Source: Nitrosopumilus sp.
GTDB taxonomy: Archaea; Thermoproteota; Nitrososphaeria; Nitrososphaerales; Nitrosopumilaceae
NCBI GenBank assembly: GCA_965207445.1
Contig: CBDBLX010000002.1
Coordinates: 448,001-512,000, forward strand
DNA length: 64,000 nt
Direction of reading: 5' to 3'
Shown in pieces: positions 21,322 to 31,465 of the stretch. The translations under genes were made by a program, and so were the position numbers. Within the stretch, counting starts at the first letter, position 1, and each line of letters opens with the position of its first letter. The notes under the pieces are model-generated. The model had not been told where the DNA came from. It did not search any database and saw nothing but the letters and a program-made list of their open reading frames with translations.

Positions 21322-22449
21322 TTGAACAAGTTGGATTCTAGGCAAGGTGTTCCTAAAGGGTGGGCCATGACCAAATTAAATGCCATTGGGCAGATCACTG
21401 GCGGTGGCACTCCGGATTCAACAAACTTGAGATATTGGGGTGGAGACGTACTTTGGGCAGTTCCAACAGACATTACAAAATTGTTAACAAACTATATTCA
21501 TGATACAGAAAGAAAAATCACAAAATTAGGATTGAAAAACAGTTCTGCAAAACTACTTCCTGCTGGGACTGTTTTAATTACCACTCGAGCTACAATTGGA
21601 GAATGCGCAATTACTGCCAAGTCCATATCTACAAATCAAGGATTTCAAAACATAACCTGCAATAACAACTTTGATAACTTGTATGTATTTTATATGATAA
21701 AATACAATACAAACAAACTATTGCGTATGTCGTATGGAACTACTTTTCTTGAAATTTCAAAATCTACAATTAAAAATATAAAAATTAAAATTCCAAAACA
21801 AAAATTTGAGCAAACTAAGATTGCATCAATCCTTTCGGGAGTTGATGCATTGATAGAGTTGACACAACAAATGGTTGATAAGACTAAGCAATTAAAGAAA
21901 GGACTCACGAAAACATTGTTAACCAGAGGGATTGGCCACACGGAATTTATAACGAAGATTCTGGGGAACGTTGCCGAATTCACAAGTGGAGAATTTTTAG
22001 CAACAAAAGATTACAACCGTGGCAAGATCCCTGTTTATGGTGGAAATGGGATTTCCGGACATCATAATAAGGAACTAATTGCATATGATACAATAATTTT
22101 TGGCAGAGTAGGCGCATATTGCGGTTCAATACATTTTTCAAATGGCAAATCTTGGGTCACTGACAATGCCATATTTATTAGAAATCTCTCGGAACATATT
22201 ATCATAGAATATCTTTACAGATTTTTATCCCATTTGAATATTCGACTTTTAGCTGAAGTATCTGCACAGCCAAAAATCACCCAAGACATTCTCACGCATA
22301 TTAAGATCCGGTTTCCAAGTATAGACAAACAACGTAAAATTGCATCAATCCTGTCAGGGGTTGACGCGGTCTACAGCCATCTTGTACATGTCAATATGCA
22401 CGTGAAACGGGCAATCTTTTTAATGTTCTTAAAGTCAGTAGTATCATGA
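21322..22449 (+). CDS. hsdS: Type I R-M specificity subunit, copy A (two TRDs, lacks normal C-terminal helix)
   Basis: VPKGW, GGTP, STNQGF, EQTKIASILSGVDA central repeat; sequence after the second IASILSGVDA is non-canonical. Confidence 0.9.
   Translation: MNKLDSRQGVPKGWAMTKLNAIGQITGGGTPDSTNLRYWGGDVLWAVPTDITKLLTNYIHDTERKITKLGLKNSSAKLLPAGTVLITTRATIGECAITAKSISTNQGFQNITCNNNFDNLYVFYMIKYNTNKLLRMSYGTTFLEISKSTIKNIKIKIPKQKFEQTKIASILSGVDALIELTQQMVDKTKQLKKGLTKTLLTRGIGHTEFITKILGNVAEFTSGEFLATKDYNRGKIPVYGGNGISGHHNKELIAYDTIIFGRVGAYCGSIHFSNGKSWVTDNAIFIRNLSEHIIIEYLYRFLSHLNIRLLAEVSAQPKITQDILTHIKIRFPSIDKQRKIASILSGVDAVYSHLVHVNMHVKRAIFLMFLKSVVS
21817..21854 (+). repeat. Inverted repeat A, left (38 bp)
   Basis: AAGATTGCATCAATCCTTTCGGGAGTTGATGCATTGAT; perfect reverse complement at 24632-24669. 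Confidence 0.95.
22339..22367 (+). repeat. Inverted repeat B, left (29 bp)
   Basis: ATTGCATCAATCCTGTCAGGGGTTGACGC; perfect reverse complement at 23987-24015. Confidence 0.95.
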
Positions 22450-22658
22450 GTACCACTATCCAGAAGAAGACATACTCGGTCACCATAACCAAAGATGATG
22501 AAGGACTTTTCATCGGGAGATGTGATGAACTACATGCAAATTCACAAGGTGAATCGTTTGGAGAGATTGTAGAAAACATGAAAGACGCGGTAGGACTTGT
22601 GGCCGAAGAAGTAGACAACATAGCAGACTTTAACATGCTTATAATAGAACAGAAATGA
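22446..22658 (+). CDS. hicB: HicB-family antitoxin
   Basis: Clear paralogue of 19844-20056. Confidence 0.85.
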   Translation: MSTTIQKKTYSVTITKDDEGLFIGRCDELHANSQGESFGEIVENMKDAVGLVAEEVDNIADFNMLIIEQK

Positions 22659-22891
22659 CAAAGACGCCCAGAATATCAGGTAACCAAATGACACGATATC
22701 TACAAAGAAAAGGATACGTTATAATTTGCAGAAAGGGAAGTCATATAATGTTAAGAAAAGAAGACGTCATTACAACTGTACCTGCTGGAATCAAAACATT
22801 AGGTATTGGAATACAATACGCCATCCTTACTGATGTCAGTATATCAAAAACAGAATTCATTAATGATTACGATTGTGGGTTGATAAAGTAA
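22655..22891 (+). CDS. hicA: HicA-family mRNA interferase toxin (intact)
   Basis: GYVIICRKGSHIML...TTVP with catalytic GSH; 4-nt overlap with hicB. Confidence 0.85.
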   Translation: MTKTPRISGNQMTRYLQRKGYVIICRKGSHIMLRKEDVITTVPAGIKTLGIGIQYAILTDVSISKTEFINDYDCGLIK

Positions 22892-22946
22892 CTGACAAAG
22901 GATACAGACATGGGTATAAAATAGAACTGTTGAAAGCATACAATAC

Positions 22947-23868
22947 TTGATCAAACCAATACGTCAAAGGAGTCTGATCTTGTTTGAAGAATCAATCAAG
23001 TCAAAATACACTAAAAGGAACTACACATCACACATAAATCAATTCAAAAGATTTACGAGTGTATCAAGCTTTGATCAATGGCTAGAAATTTCATCAAAAG
23101 ATTTGCAAGTAATGTTAGAAGACTATGCAATACATCTAAGACACACCGCCAATCCCAATTCCATACCATCGCTATTCAAGGGAATAAGACATTTTTTTTG
23201 TGATGAATCAGGTTGATCTCAATTGGCATGTGATATACAAAATGTTTCCACAAAAACAAAAAGTAGTAGATCTAAAGTCATATACCACAAATGATGTTCG
23301 TTCAATACTATCTCATGCGATCAGTCTTAGGGATAAAGCACTGATCCATTTTCTTGCGTCAACAGGCGCAAGAATAGGGGTATTTGATCATAACTTGTCA
23401 ATCAAACATCTAAAAAAAATGCCGGCCGGATGCACAGCAGTACTGCTTTATGCCGAGACGGTTGAAGAATACTGGGCGTTTCTCACCCGTCAGGCCACAC
23501 TAGCACTTGAAGTATACCATCGCTTGCGCAAACACAAAGGAGAAACATTTCATTCCAACACTCCCGTCTTTTCTACATTAAAATTTGGCCCACGCCAGCT
23601 TGGTTGGAGTGGCTCTCGGTCTGCAATATACAGAATCGTGTCAAAAAGTGGCATACGACTTAAGCAAGGTGATCGTTTTGACATTCAAGTGGATCATGGA
23701 TTTCGAAAACGATACAATACAATTCTCAAGCTTGAGAATTCAGTTAACTATAACATTGCAGAAAAACTTATGGGCCACAAAAATGGTTTGGATGGAGTAT
23801 ATTTTACACCATCCTTGAACGAATTATTTAGTGAGTTTAAAAAAGTGAGATCTAAATTAGAAGTTTAG
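22947..23868 (+). pseudogene. Tyrosine recombinase split by one extra T in a T8 tract (23192-23199)
   Basis: STGARIG, HGFRKR, LMGH, DGVY catalytic motifs; removing one T fuses 22947-23216 and 23200-23868 into ~306 aa. Confidence 0.85.
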
Positions 23869-23886
23869 TTAACACGTCACTTTTAG

Positions 23887-25191
23887 TTACACTTTTACAC
23901 GTATTTGTCCTGTTAGAAGCTTTTGCATAAGGCCTTTTTTCAATTCTTCCAGTTTTTTCTTATATTCCTGATTTTTTTGGATGTATGCGTCAACCCCTGA
24001 CAGGATTGATGCAATCTTGGTTTGTTCTGCTAATGTTGGTATGGGGAATTTGAAACCAACAAAGTTTTTTTGATACAAGTGGTTTATGGTAGAACCTGCT
24101 TTAAGTTTATTCAAGAATTTTTCAAAATAATCTGAAAATAATATGTAGTATAGAAACAGCGGTCTGTATTGATTATCAATTGGACGTATTACGAATACAC
24201 CACTATTCAAAGTCGCAGGTTTTTTTGGCAACGACACAAATGCAATCTTTCCTATTGTACCATCCTTCGTAACTAGAATATCTGCATTTTTCAATTGAAT
24301 ATTTGGATCTTGAATGTAACGATCTTTGTTTACGTAGACACAATTCTCCCAATCGATTTTGCCATTTTTAAAATCTGTACCTGTGACAAGGTGGTAATTC
24401 CCAGTAACAAGATATTCGGATGTGGTTAAACCTTGCCAACCGATCCTACCTTTTAAACTAGAATTCTTGCCAAGTTGCTGTGTTTTCCATTCTTTTGGAA
24501 TTTCAATCTTTTTGCCAAAAAGCCATTTTACTTTCTTAAACTTTTTGTGATTTATCCCTCGGGTCAACAACTGTTGCATCAATCCTCTTTTCAGATTTTC
24601 ATATTTCACTATGATCTGCTGCGTCTTCTCAATCAATGCATCAACTCCCGAAAGGATTGATGCAATCTTGGTTTGTTCTTGCAACGTGGGTAGTAATATT
24701 GGTAACTTTGAATACTGTTGTGCGTTAACATTTGGTTGCACGCCTTGCGTTAATTCAGAAGTTACCCATGTCCAGTATACGTCGCCGTGCGTATAATGAT
24801 GAAGAAAAACAGGCAATATCCTTTTCTCATTTAATTTAAATCGTATCAAATATCCTGCGTAAACACAAAGACCCTGATCTGAAGAAAACAAAAATGTCCT
24901 TCCAACAGAACCGGTTCGTGCAAAAAGAAAATCGTTTTGTTCAAGTACATATTGTTGATTGTTTGTTAATTTAGCAGAGACTTTTTCATCTTTCAACTGT
25001 CCTGCATCATTAATGTCGGTGATTCGTATATACCTAGCTAATTTTGAATCATATGGGAGTGCAGCATCCCCACTTCCATACTCTGGTTTTCTAGATGATA
25101 TGTCAATTAATTTTTGAATTTTCCACTCTTCTGGAATTTTAATCTCTTTGCCAAACAGCCATTTGACTTTTTTATACTTAGATTTATTCAT
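23887..25191 (-). CDS. hsdS: Type I R-M specificity subunit, copy B (complete)
   Basis: IPEEW-TRD-EQTKIASILSGVDA-KRGLMQQLLT-TRD-EQTKIASILSGVDA-KKGLMQKLLTGQIRV; directly downstream of hsdM. Confidence 0.95.
   Translation of the reverse strand: MNKSKYKKVKWLFGKEIKIPEEWKIQKLIDISSRKPEYGSGDAALPYDSKLARYIRITDINDAGQLKDEKVSAKLTNNQQYVLEQNDFLFARTGSVGRTFLFSSDQGLCVYAGYLIRFKLNEKRILPVFLHHYTHGDVYWTWVTSELTQGVQPNVNAQQYSKLPILLPTLQEQTKIASILSGVDALIEKTQQIIVKYENLKRGLMQQLLTRGINHKKFKKVKWLFGKKIEIPKEWKTQQLGKNSSLKGRIGWQGLTTSEYLVTGNYHLVTGTDFKNGKIDWENCVYVNKDRYIQDPNIQLKNADILVTKDGTIGKIAFVSLPKKPATLNSGVFVIRPIDNQYRPLFLYYILFSDYFEKFLNKLKAGSTINHLYQKNFVGFKFPIPTLAEQTKIASILSGVDAYIQKNQEYKKKLEELKKGLMQKLLTGQIRVKV
23987..24015 (-). repeat. 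Inverted repeat B, right
   Basis: Reverse complement of 22339-22367. Confidence 0.95.
24632..24669 (-). repeat. Inverted repeat A, right
   Basis: Reverse complement of 21817-21854. Confidence 0.95.
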
Positions 25192-25194
25192 GAT

Positions 25195-26676
25195 CTATAC
25201 CTTAAACTTTAGTTCTTTGAGATCTTGCCATACCTTGGATTCAAGTTTCGCACGTTCCTTGTCGAGTTTTTTTAAATCTGTAATTACATTTTGAATATCT
25301 ATTTCTTCCTCAGGTTCTGAAATGTCTACGTATCTGGGTACGTTAAGATTGAATTCATTCTCTTTTAATTCGTCATAATCTGCAACATGAGAATATCTGT
25401 CAATGTCCTTGAATGTATGAAATGTCTTTGTAATTTTTGTAATGTCTTGATCTCTTAACTTGTTTCTGTTTTTGCCTTCTTGGTATTCTTTTGCAGCATA
25501 AATGAATATCATCTTGTTCTTGCGTACTTTGGGTTTTTTGCGGTTTAGTATCATGACACATGCAGGAATACTCGTCCCAAAAAACAATTTTTCTGGAAGT
25601 GCAATTATGCCTTCTATAATGTCCTGATTTATCATATTTTCACGTATTTGGCCCTCGATGCCGCCCCTGAACAACACGCCTTGCGAGCATATGATTGCGG
25701 CCTGACCAGTGTTGTTAAGGTGAGAAAACATATGCTGGATAAAGGCAAAGTCTGCTTTGCCATTTGAGGGTGGTATGCCAAATTCAAATCTTCTGTGCGA
25801 ATCACTTTCGGCAGCCTTGTTGTCCCAATCCATTGAAAACGGAAAATTGGCAAGCACTCTGTCGTATTTCTTGATGCTGCCCTTGTCGATAAGCTGCGGA
25901 TTTGATAACACATCTCCATATGCAATTGTAAAGTGCGTGATTCCGTGCAAAACCATGTTCATCTTACACATTGCCAGATTGCCATAGTTTGACTCTTGTC
26001 CATCCAGCACCATGTTCCTTGGATCTCCTTTTTCTTTCTCTACGTGTTTTCTCGATATAATTAACATGCCTCCAGATCCGCATGTTGGATCGCATATGCG
26101 CATGCCTTCTTTTGGCTGTGTTATGTTCACTAGAAGACTTACAACCTCACGTGGTGTAAAAAATTCACCTCCCTTCTTTTTTGTTGCATCTGCAAACTGC
26201 TCTAGCAGATACTCATATGCATCACCAAATATGTCCTCTTTTTCAAGATCAGAATTTCTAAGCTGTGGCTCGTTGAAATGTGTGACAAGCTTTGCAAGCT
26301 TGTCATCAGGATATTTTTTGGGATCTGAATATTTTGTATTTGTAAGGACACCCTCAAGCTTTGGATTTGCTCTTTCAATCTCTTTGCATGTCTTGTCTAT
26401 CTTCTCACCTATTTTCTTACTTGTTGTCTGCAGCTTGCGCCACCTTGCATCTTTTGGAACAAAAAAGTCGTGAAAGATCTCCATATTTGCTTCCGTTTCA
26501 TTTTTCCCCTGTTTTCTAAGATTCTCTACATTTTCTTCGAATCTATCATTAAGGCGCTTGAGAAACAACAATGTCATTACAGGCTGCCTGTATTCTGAAG
26601 CGTCTAGGCTGCCACGCAAGATGTCTGATGCCTTCCAGAGATGGGACTTGAGTGTCTCTAGTGTTACTTTACTCAA
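25195..26676 (-). CDS. hsdM: Type I R-M N6-adenine methyltransferase
   Basis: GEFFTP, DPTCGSGGML, ANFPF, FNLNVPRYVD. Confidence 0.95.
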   Translation of the reverse strand: MSKVTLETLKSHLWKASDILRGSLDASEYRQPVMTLLFLKRLNDRFEENVENLRKQGKNETEANMEIFHDFFVPKDARWRKLQTTSKKIGEKIDKTCKEIERANPKLEGVLTNTKYSDPKKYPDDKLAKLVTHFNEPQLRNSDLEKEDIFGDAYEYLLEQFADATKKKGGEFFTPREVVSLLVNITQPKEGMRICDPTCGSGGMLIISRKHVEKEKGDPRNMVLDGQESNYGNLAMCKMNMVLHGITHFTIAYGDVLSNPQLIDKGSIKKYDRVLANFPFSMDWDNKAAESDSHRRFEFGIPPSNGKADFAFIQHMFSHLNNTGQAAIICSQGVLFRGGIEGQIRENMINQDIIEGIIALPEKLFFGTSIPACVMILNRKKPKVRKNKMIFIYAAKEYQEGKNRNKLRDQDITKITKTFHTFKDIDRYSHVADYDELKENEFNLNVPRYVDISEPEEEIDIQNVITDLKKLDKERAKLESKVWQDLKELKFKV

Positions 26677-26760
26677 TGCACCTTGGACTATACCTGGCTT
26701 AATAGCAGTTACCCTGAAACAAACTACAAAGTTTTTACGTATGAATTTCCCAATATAACC

Positions 26761-29748
26761 ATGTTCACTGTAGGCAAAGGTGATGAAGTAACAGAATCAG
26801 AGCTCCCCGCCTTGGAGCAACTCTATGCTATGGGGTATGAATATATGGACTCTGCAGACCTTGCAGGGGAGCGGCGTGACTGTGGTACGGTCCTTCTCTA
26901 TGGTAGGCTTGAAGATGCCATTAGGCGACTTAATCCAAATCTTGATGAGGATGGCATCAAAGATGCTTTGGCACAGATTGACGAGGACAACTATGCGCAC
27001 CACCTAGATATCGTAGATACAAATGAAAAGATCAGGGCCAAGCTTGTGGAACTGTCAGTTTCTGGTGGCTTGAATCCGATCACGGTGACACAAAAAACAG
27101 ATGATGGCCCAATCGACACGAGGGTTCGTATTTTTGACTTTGAAAATACACAAACCAATAATTTTTTGGTAACGAATCAGTTTCGCCTCAACGGATTTGA
27201 ACATTACATTATACCGGATATCGTAATTTTTGTAAATGGTATACCGTTGGTTATCATAGAATGCAAATCACCCGCAACACCGGATCCAATTCTTGATGCA
27301 GTAGAGCGAAAAAATTTTGCCAAATACCAGCAACAAAACCAGGGGTACGAACGCCTTTTCTTTTACAATCATTGCCTGATTGCCACATGTGGCACATTGG
27401 CCCGTGTTGGAACCATACGTGCAAGTGTAAATCATTTTGCAAAATGGACCACTCCGAACCCATTGACTAGTGAAGATGTTGAGAAAATGTGTGGGCGAAA
27501 ACCCCGCGAGCAAGAGATACTAATTGCAGGATTACTGTCAAAAGAAAACTTACTTGATCACCTTCAAAACTTTGTATTGTATGAAACACGAAATGCCAAG
27601 CGCATCAAAATGATTGCCAAGCATCAGCAATTTCGTGCCGTGAATCAATGCATAAAAAAGACATCGGTACCTGCAGGAGACAAGGGAGGAGTAATATGGC
27701 ACACCCAAGGATCGGGCAAATCATTTTCCATGCTGTGGTTTGCAACCCAGCTGAGGTACAAGTTTGACAACCCTCCAATACTCATAGTCACTGACAGAAG
27801 ACAACTGGACAAGCAGATTCACGACACGTTTAGAAAATGCGGCTTTCCTGATCCAATCAAGGCTATGTCTGGTGCTCATCTTTCTGAGCTACTCAAATAC
27901 CCTCATGGCAAGACCATCATGACAATAATTGACAAATTTGCAACTCCCACCAAATCATTTACCGATGAAAAGGTGATATGTCTGGTGGACGAAGCTCACC
28001 GAAGCCAGTACAAGATGAACGCTGCTCAAATGAGAATTGCAATGCCCAATGCCATATTCTTTGCCTTTACCGGCACGCCAATTACAAAAAATGAACAATC
28101 CCACACGTATCGGGTTTTCGGAGAACTGCTTGACAAGTACGGGTTTGAGGAATCCCAAAATGATGGCTCTACACTCCCGATCAAATACGATGGAAGAATG
28201 CCTCGTCTGTACGTGGAGGGTGAGAATTCAATAGATGAAATATTTGATAGAATATTCTCTGATCTTGATCCTTCTCTAAAAAACACACTCAAAAAACGAT
28301 ATGTGACCAAAACAAGTATTGCAGAGGCCCCACACAGAATCGCGCAGATAGTATCGGATTTGATCAACCATTACACGCAACACATAGAACCTAACGGATA
28401 CAAGGCGATGCTAGTTGCACCTTCAAGGGAGGCAGCAGTCACATACAAAAAGAGAATTGACGAGATGAGAGGCCCTGTCTCAAAGATAATTATGACATCA
28501 GAACCAGGCGAAGTGGGCAAGGACGGGACCAGTTGGGACGAATACCATCTTACATCTGAACAACGCAATATTGAATCTGAAAAATTCAAAAACCCCGACG
28601 ATCCGACCAAGATTCTCATAGTCGTTGACATGTTACTTGTAGGGTATGACGCTCCAATATGCCAAGTGCTCTATCTTGATCGCAGCATACGTGAACACAA
28701 TCTACTTCAGGCCATCGCACGTGTAAACCGGCCTTATGATGACACAAAGAAGTACGGATTGGTCGTGGACTATTCAGGGGTTATGTTGGATCTGCAAAAG
28801 GCCCTTGATGCATTTGATACAAAGGATGTGAGTGGAGCTCTGACACCCGTCTCTGAACTTCTTGCTATACTTTGTATGCGGCATGCAGAAACAATGTCTC
28901 TGTTTGACAGAGTCGATATTACTGACAAAGATCAGGTGCTTGAGCACTTTGGTTCTGAGCACAGTCGCGACTTGTTGGCGCGCAGATTTAGACTGTTTTC
29001 AAGCGCCTTGGATTCAGTTCTTCCAGGGAAAGAGGCAGAACCTTATATGGATGACTTTAAGGCTGTGGCCGTTGCATGGCAGACCGTAAAAACGTTTTAC
29101 ACTAATGATACATACAGTACCCATCGATATGCAAAAAAGATTCAGAAAATTATAGACAAGCATATACACTCCCTTGGCATATCTATACTTGTGGATCCAA
29201 CTGAAATAACACATGAGAATTTCTTGGTAACAGTATCAAAACACGTTCCCAAAAACAAACGAGCACAAGCTGCCATGATCAAGAATCGGGCAATACAGAT
29301 AATCAAAGAGATGATGGCAAACAATCCCGCATACTATGAAAAACTCTATGCGCGACTTAAAAGACTGATTTGTGATGAAGAAGCACGTAGACAAAAAAAT
29401 GCAGGGTACTTTACCAACCCCGAGGCATATGAGGAAATCTACAATGAGGCCCTTGCAGAAGAAAAAGAACGCAAGAAAGTATTTGGAGCATATCATGCTA
29501 CACAGTTTGAATTTTCACTATATGGACGGCTTAATGAAACTCTGGGCAGGGATGCCTCACTTGACCTTACAAAGAAAATATTTAAACAGATAAAACCATT
29601 CACTGAAATGGTGGATTACAAGCAAAATCCCGGCATAGAAAAGGACATTAAAAAAATAGTATATGAAACACTGTCAAGTCACATGCCCCTTGCTCAAATA
29701 AACGACATTATGGATGAGACTGTGACACTTGTGAGGGTTGTGTTATAA
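26761..29748 (+). CDS. hsdR: Type I restriction endonuclease R subunit
   Basis: PDIVIFVNGIPLVIIECK nuclease motif, WHTQGSGKS, DEAHRSQY, FTGTP, QAIARVNR. Confidence 0.95.
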   Translation: MFTVGKGDEVTESELPALEQLYAMGYEYMDSADLAGERRDCGTVLLYGRLEDAIRRLNPNLDEDGIKDALAQIDEDNYAHHLDIVDTNEKIRAKLVELSVSGGLNPITVTQKTDDGPIDTRVRIFDFENTQTNNFLVTNQFRLNGFEHYIIPDIVIFVNGIPLVIIECKSPATPDPILDAVERKNFAKYQQQNQGYERLFFYNHCLIATCGTLARVGTIRASVNHFAKWTTPNPLTSEDVEKMCGRKPREQEILIAGLLSKENLLDHLQNFVLYETRNAKRIKMIAKHQQFRAVNQCIKKTSVPAGDKGGVIWHTQGSGKSFSMLWFATQLRYKFDNPPILIVTDRRQLDKQIHDTFRKCGFPDPIKAMSGAHLSELLKYPHGKTIMTIIDKFATPTKSFTDEKVICLVDEAHRSQYKMNAAQMRIAMPNAIFFAFTGTPITKNEQSHTYRVFGELLDKYGFEESQNDGSTLPIKYDGRMPRLYVEGENSIDEIFDRIFSDLDPSLKNTLKKRYVTKTSIAEAPHRIAQIVSDLINHYTQHIEPNGYKAMLVAPSREAAVTYKKRIDEMRGPVSKIIMTSEPGEVGKDGTSWDEYHLTSEQRNIESEKFKNPDDPTKILIVVDMLLVGYDAPICQVLYLDRSIREHNLLQAIARVNRPYDDTKKYGLVVDYSGVMLDLQKALDAFDTKDVSGALTPVSELLAILCMRHAETMSLFDRVDITDKDQVLEHFGSEHSRDLLARRFRLFSSALDSVLPGKEAEPYMDDFKAVAVAWQTVKTFYTNDTYSTHRYAKKIQKIIDKHIHSLGISILVDPTEITHENFLVTVSKHVPKNKRAQAAMIKNRAIQIIKEMMANNPAYYEKLYARLKRLICDEEARRQKNAGYFTNPEAYEEIYNEALAEEKERKKVFGAYHATQFEFSLYGRLNETLGRDASLDLTKKIFKQIKPFTEMVDYKQNPGIEKDIKKIVYETLSSHMPLAQINDIMDETVTLVRVVL

Positions 29749-29750
29749 GC

Positions 29751-30275
29751 ATGAGTATAGGTTCGATTTTGAATGGTATTCCCTATACCATAGTGAGGAG
29801 TCGGCGTAGAAAGACCTCTCAAATTCGCGTGGGCCCAGATGGTGTTGAGATACGGATTCCATTTGAAAAACAGGATGCAGATATCATAAAGATGCTTGTT
29901 CACTACCGTAAATGGATCTTAGAGAAATATCAAAAAATTCAAGCCGATAGGATGCGCTTTAAGATTCGATTGAATACATTACACATCATACAACGTACTT
30001 CTGATCTTGCACACAAAATCGGTGTAACGCCAACTGGTATTCTTATCAAACATCTTAAAACAAGGTGGGGAAGCGCTACATCTGATGGCATCATTACCAT
30101 TAATTCTAGATTATTAAAGGCCCCGGACCATGTGGTTGACTATATAATAATTCACGAGCTCTGCCATCTTAAAGTACATGATCATTCTGGTACATACTGG
30201 AACCTTGTAGAGCACCACGCACCTAAATATACAAAAAGCAGAAAATGGCTTGAAGAATATGGCCAATATATTTGA
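29751..30275 (+). CDS. YgjP/M48-like zinc metalloprotease typical of hsdR operons
   Basis: KTRWGS, YIIIHELCHL (HExxH). Confidence 0.9.
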   Translation: MSIGSILNGIPYTIVRSRRRKTSQIRVGPDGVEIRIPFEKQDADIIKMLVHYRKWILEKYQKIQADRMRFKIRLNTLHIIQRTSDLAHKIGVTPTGILIKHLKTRWGSATSDGIITINSRLLKAPDHVVDYIIIHELCHLKVHDHSGTYWNLVEHHAPKYTKSRKWLEEYGQYI

Positions 30276-30644
30276 GTCTAACTACCAAGTTGTAACCGTT
30301 CTTTGGGATACAAGTGGCAGACGCGTTTGTATATTGTGCCCTTAAACACAAAAACAAAAATTCAGAGTTTGTGCCATACTGGGATATCATATACAACAAG
30401 CTTGTAAGAGATGAGAATAAAGTTGTCGTTGGATGCAAAGAATACTCAGAATGAATGTCAGGAATGTGTAGCCGAGAACCCTCCACTAACACACCCTATT
30501 AACGATACACCGCATCGCTTTTGACAATATTATTTGAGAGTAAGTGTGTAATAAGATTTCAATTTAGCCAAATACTTCACTTTCAATTGAGGAACAAACC
30601 CAATTCAGTAGTTTGCAATGTGCCCAATTTTAATGATCTTATTT

Positions 30645-31047
30645 CTAATTATGCAGTACGACAGATTTACTATGCCAAGTAACTATCGTGCTCCAATTCC
30701 CATGAAGCAGTCTTCTGATTAATCCGGCAATTGAATCCATAAATGCATCCATTGTGAATAATTTTTCATCTGCAAGTCCGCCGTAATTTTCGTACCTTGT
30801 CATTACTCCCAAGCCATATGACAACATTCCAAAAAATATCAACAGTAATCAAACCTACAAAGCGTTGCTAGTTGTCTTTGGAGTCGTGTTTTTTGTCACT
30901 ATATATCCCGCCTCTATTATCCAGCGCTTGCAACAAGTCTCTGGGATGGTTTTGATGAGTTTGCTTTTGTTAGTGATTTTCATATTTGTGGCAAATACTA
31001 CATACTGATCGACTATTTCATCAGTTTCTTTGGCATTGTTTTTTCTG
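30645..31047 (-). pseudogene. C-terminal remnant of an IS4/ISH3-like DDE transposase
   Basis: YVVFATN...KRWIIEAGY resembles the Y-xx-RW-x-IE signature; broken by stops and a MITE. Confidence 0.6.
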
Positions 31048-31196
31048 GTGTGAACCAAGCTCTTTGGACATAATAATGAAACCATATACTTGTATTTGGT
31101 CACATCCCTGCCTGCATATTGAGTACCGTACATGTGATACATTTGGCTAGAAGTTATTTTTGAATGATCATATCAGTCATGGAGGTTGATTCACAC
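31048..31196 (-). mobile_element. ~149-bp MITE, copy 2
   Basis: Ends GTGTGAACCAA / TTGATTCACAC; perfect 8-bp TSD TTTTTCTG at 31040-31047 and 31197-31204. Confidence 0.85.
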
Positions 31197-31465
31197 TTTT
31201 TCTGACGACGTAACGTGTCACCTCCCCCACCGCATCGTGCCTAAATAAGATCATACTAACATGAATATCATATTAGTGAACATATGTATCATCTGTGGAA
31301 GAACACGTCTCACAAGAATTATACGCGTCGATAATACTATGCGAGGCATTATGATTAACGTAATTTGAGATATTACTAGTACTCTAAACAAGTGACAAAA
31401 GTAAAGTTAACGTGGTTGAGCATTTACGTTTTCATTGTGGTGCATATACAGGGGGCATTTTATGG

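Noticed and set aside
30855..31142. 95-aa ORF as a real gene (likewise 484-708 and the tail of 32264-32548)
   Set aside because: Chimeras of MITE sequence and flanking remnants.
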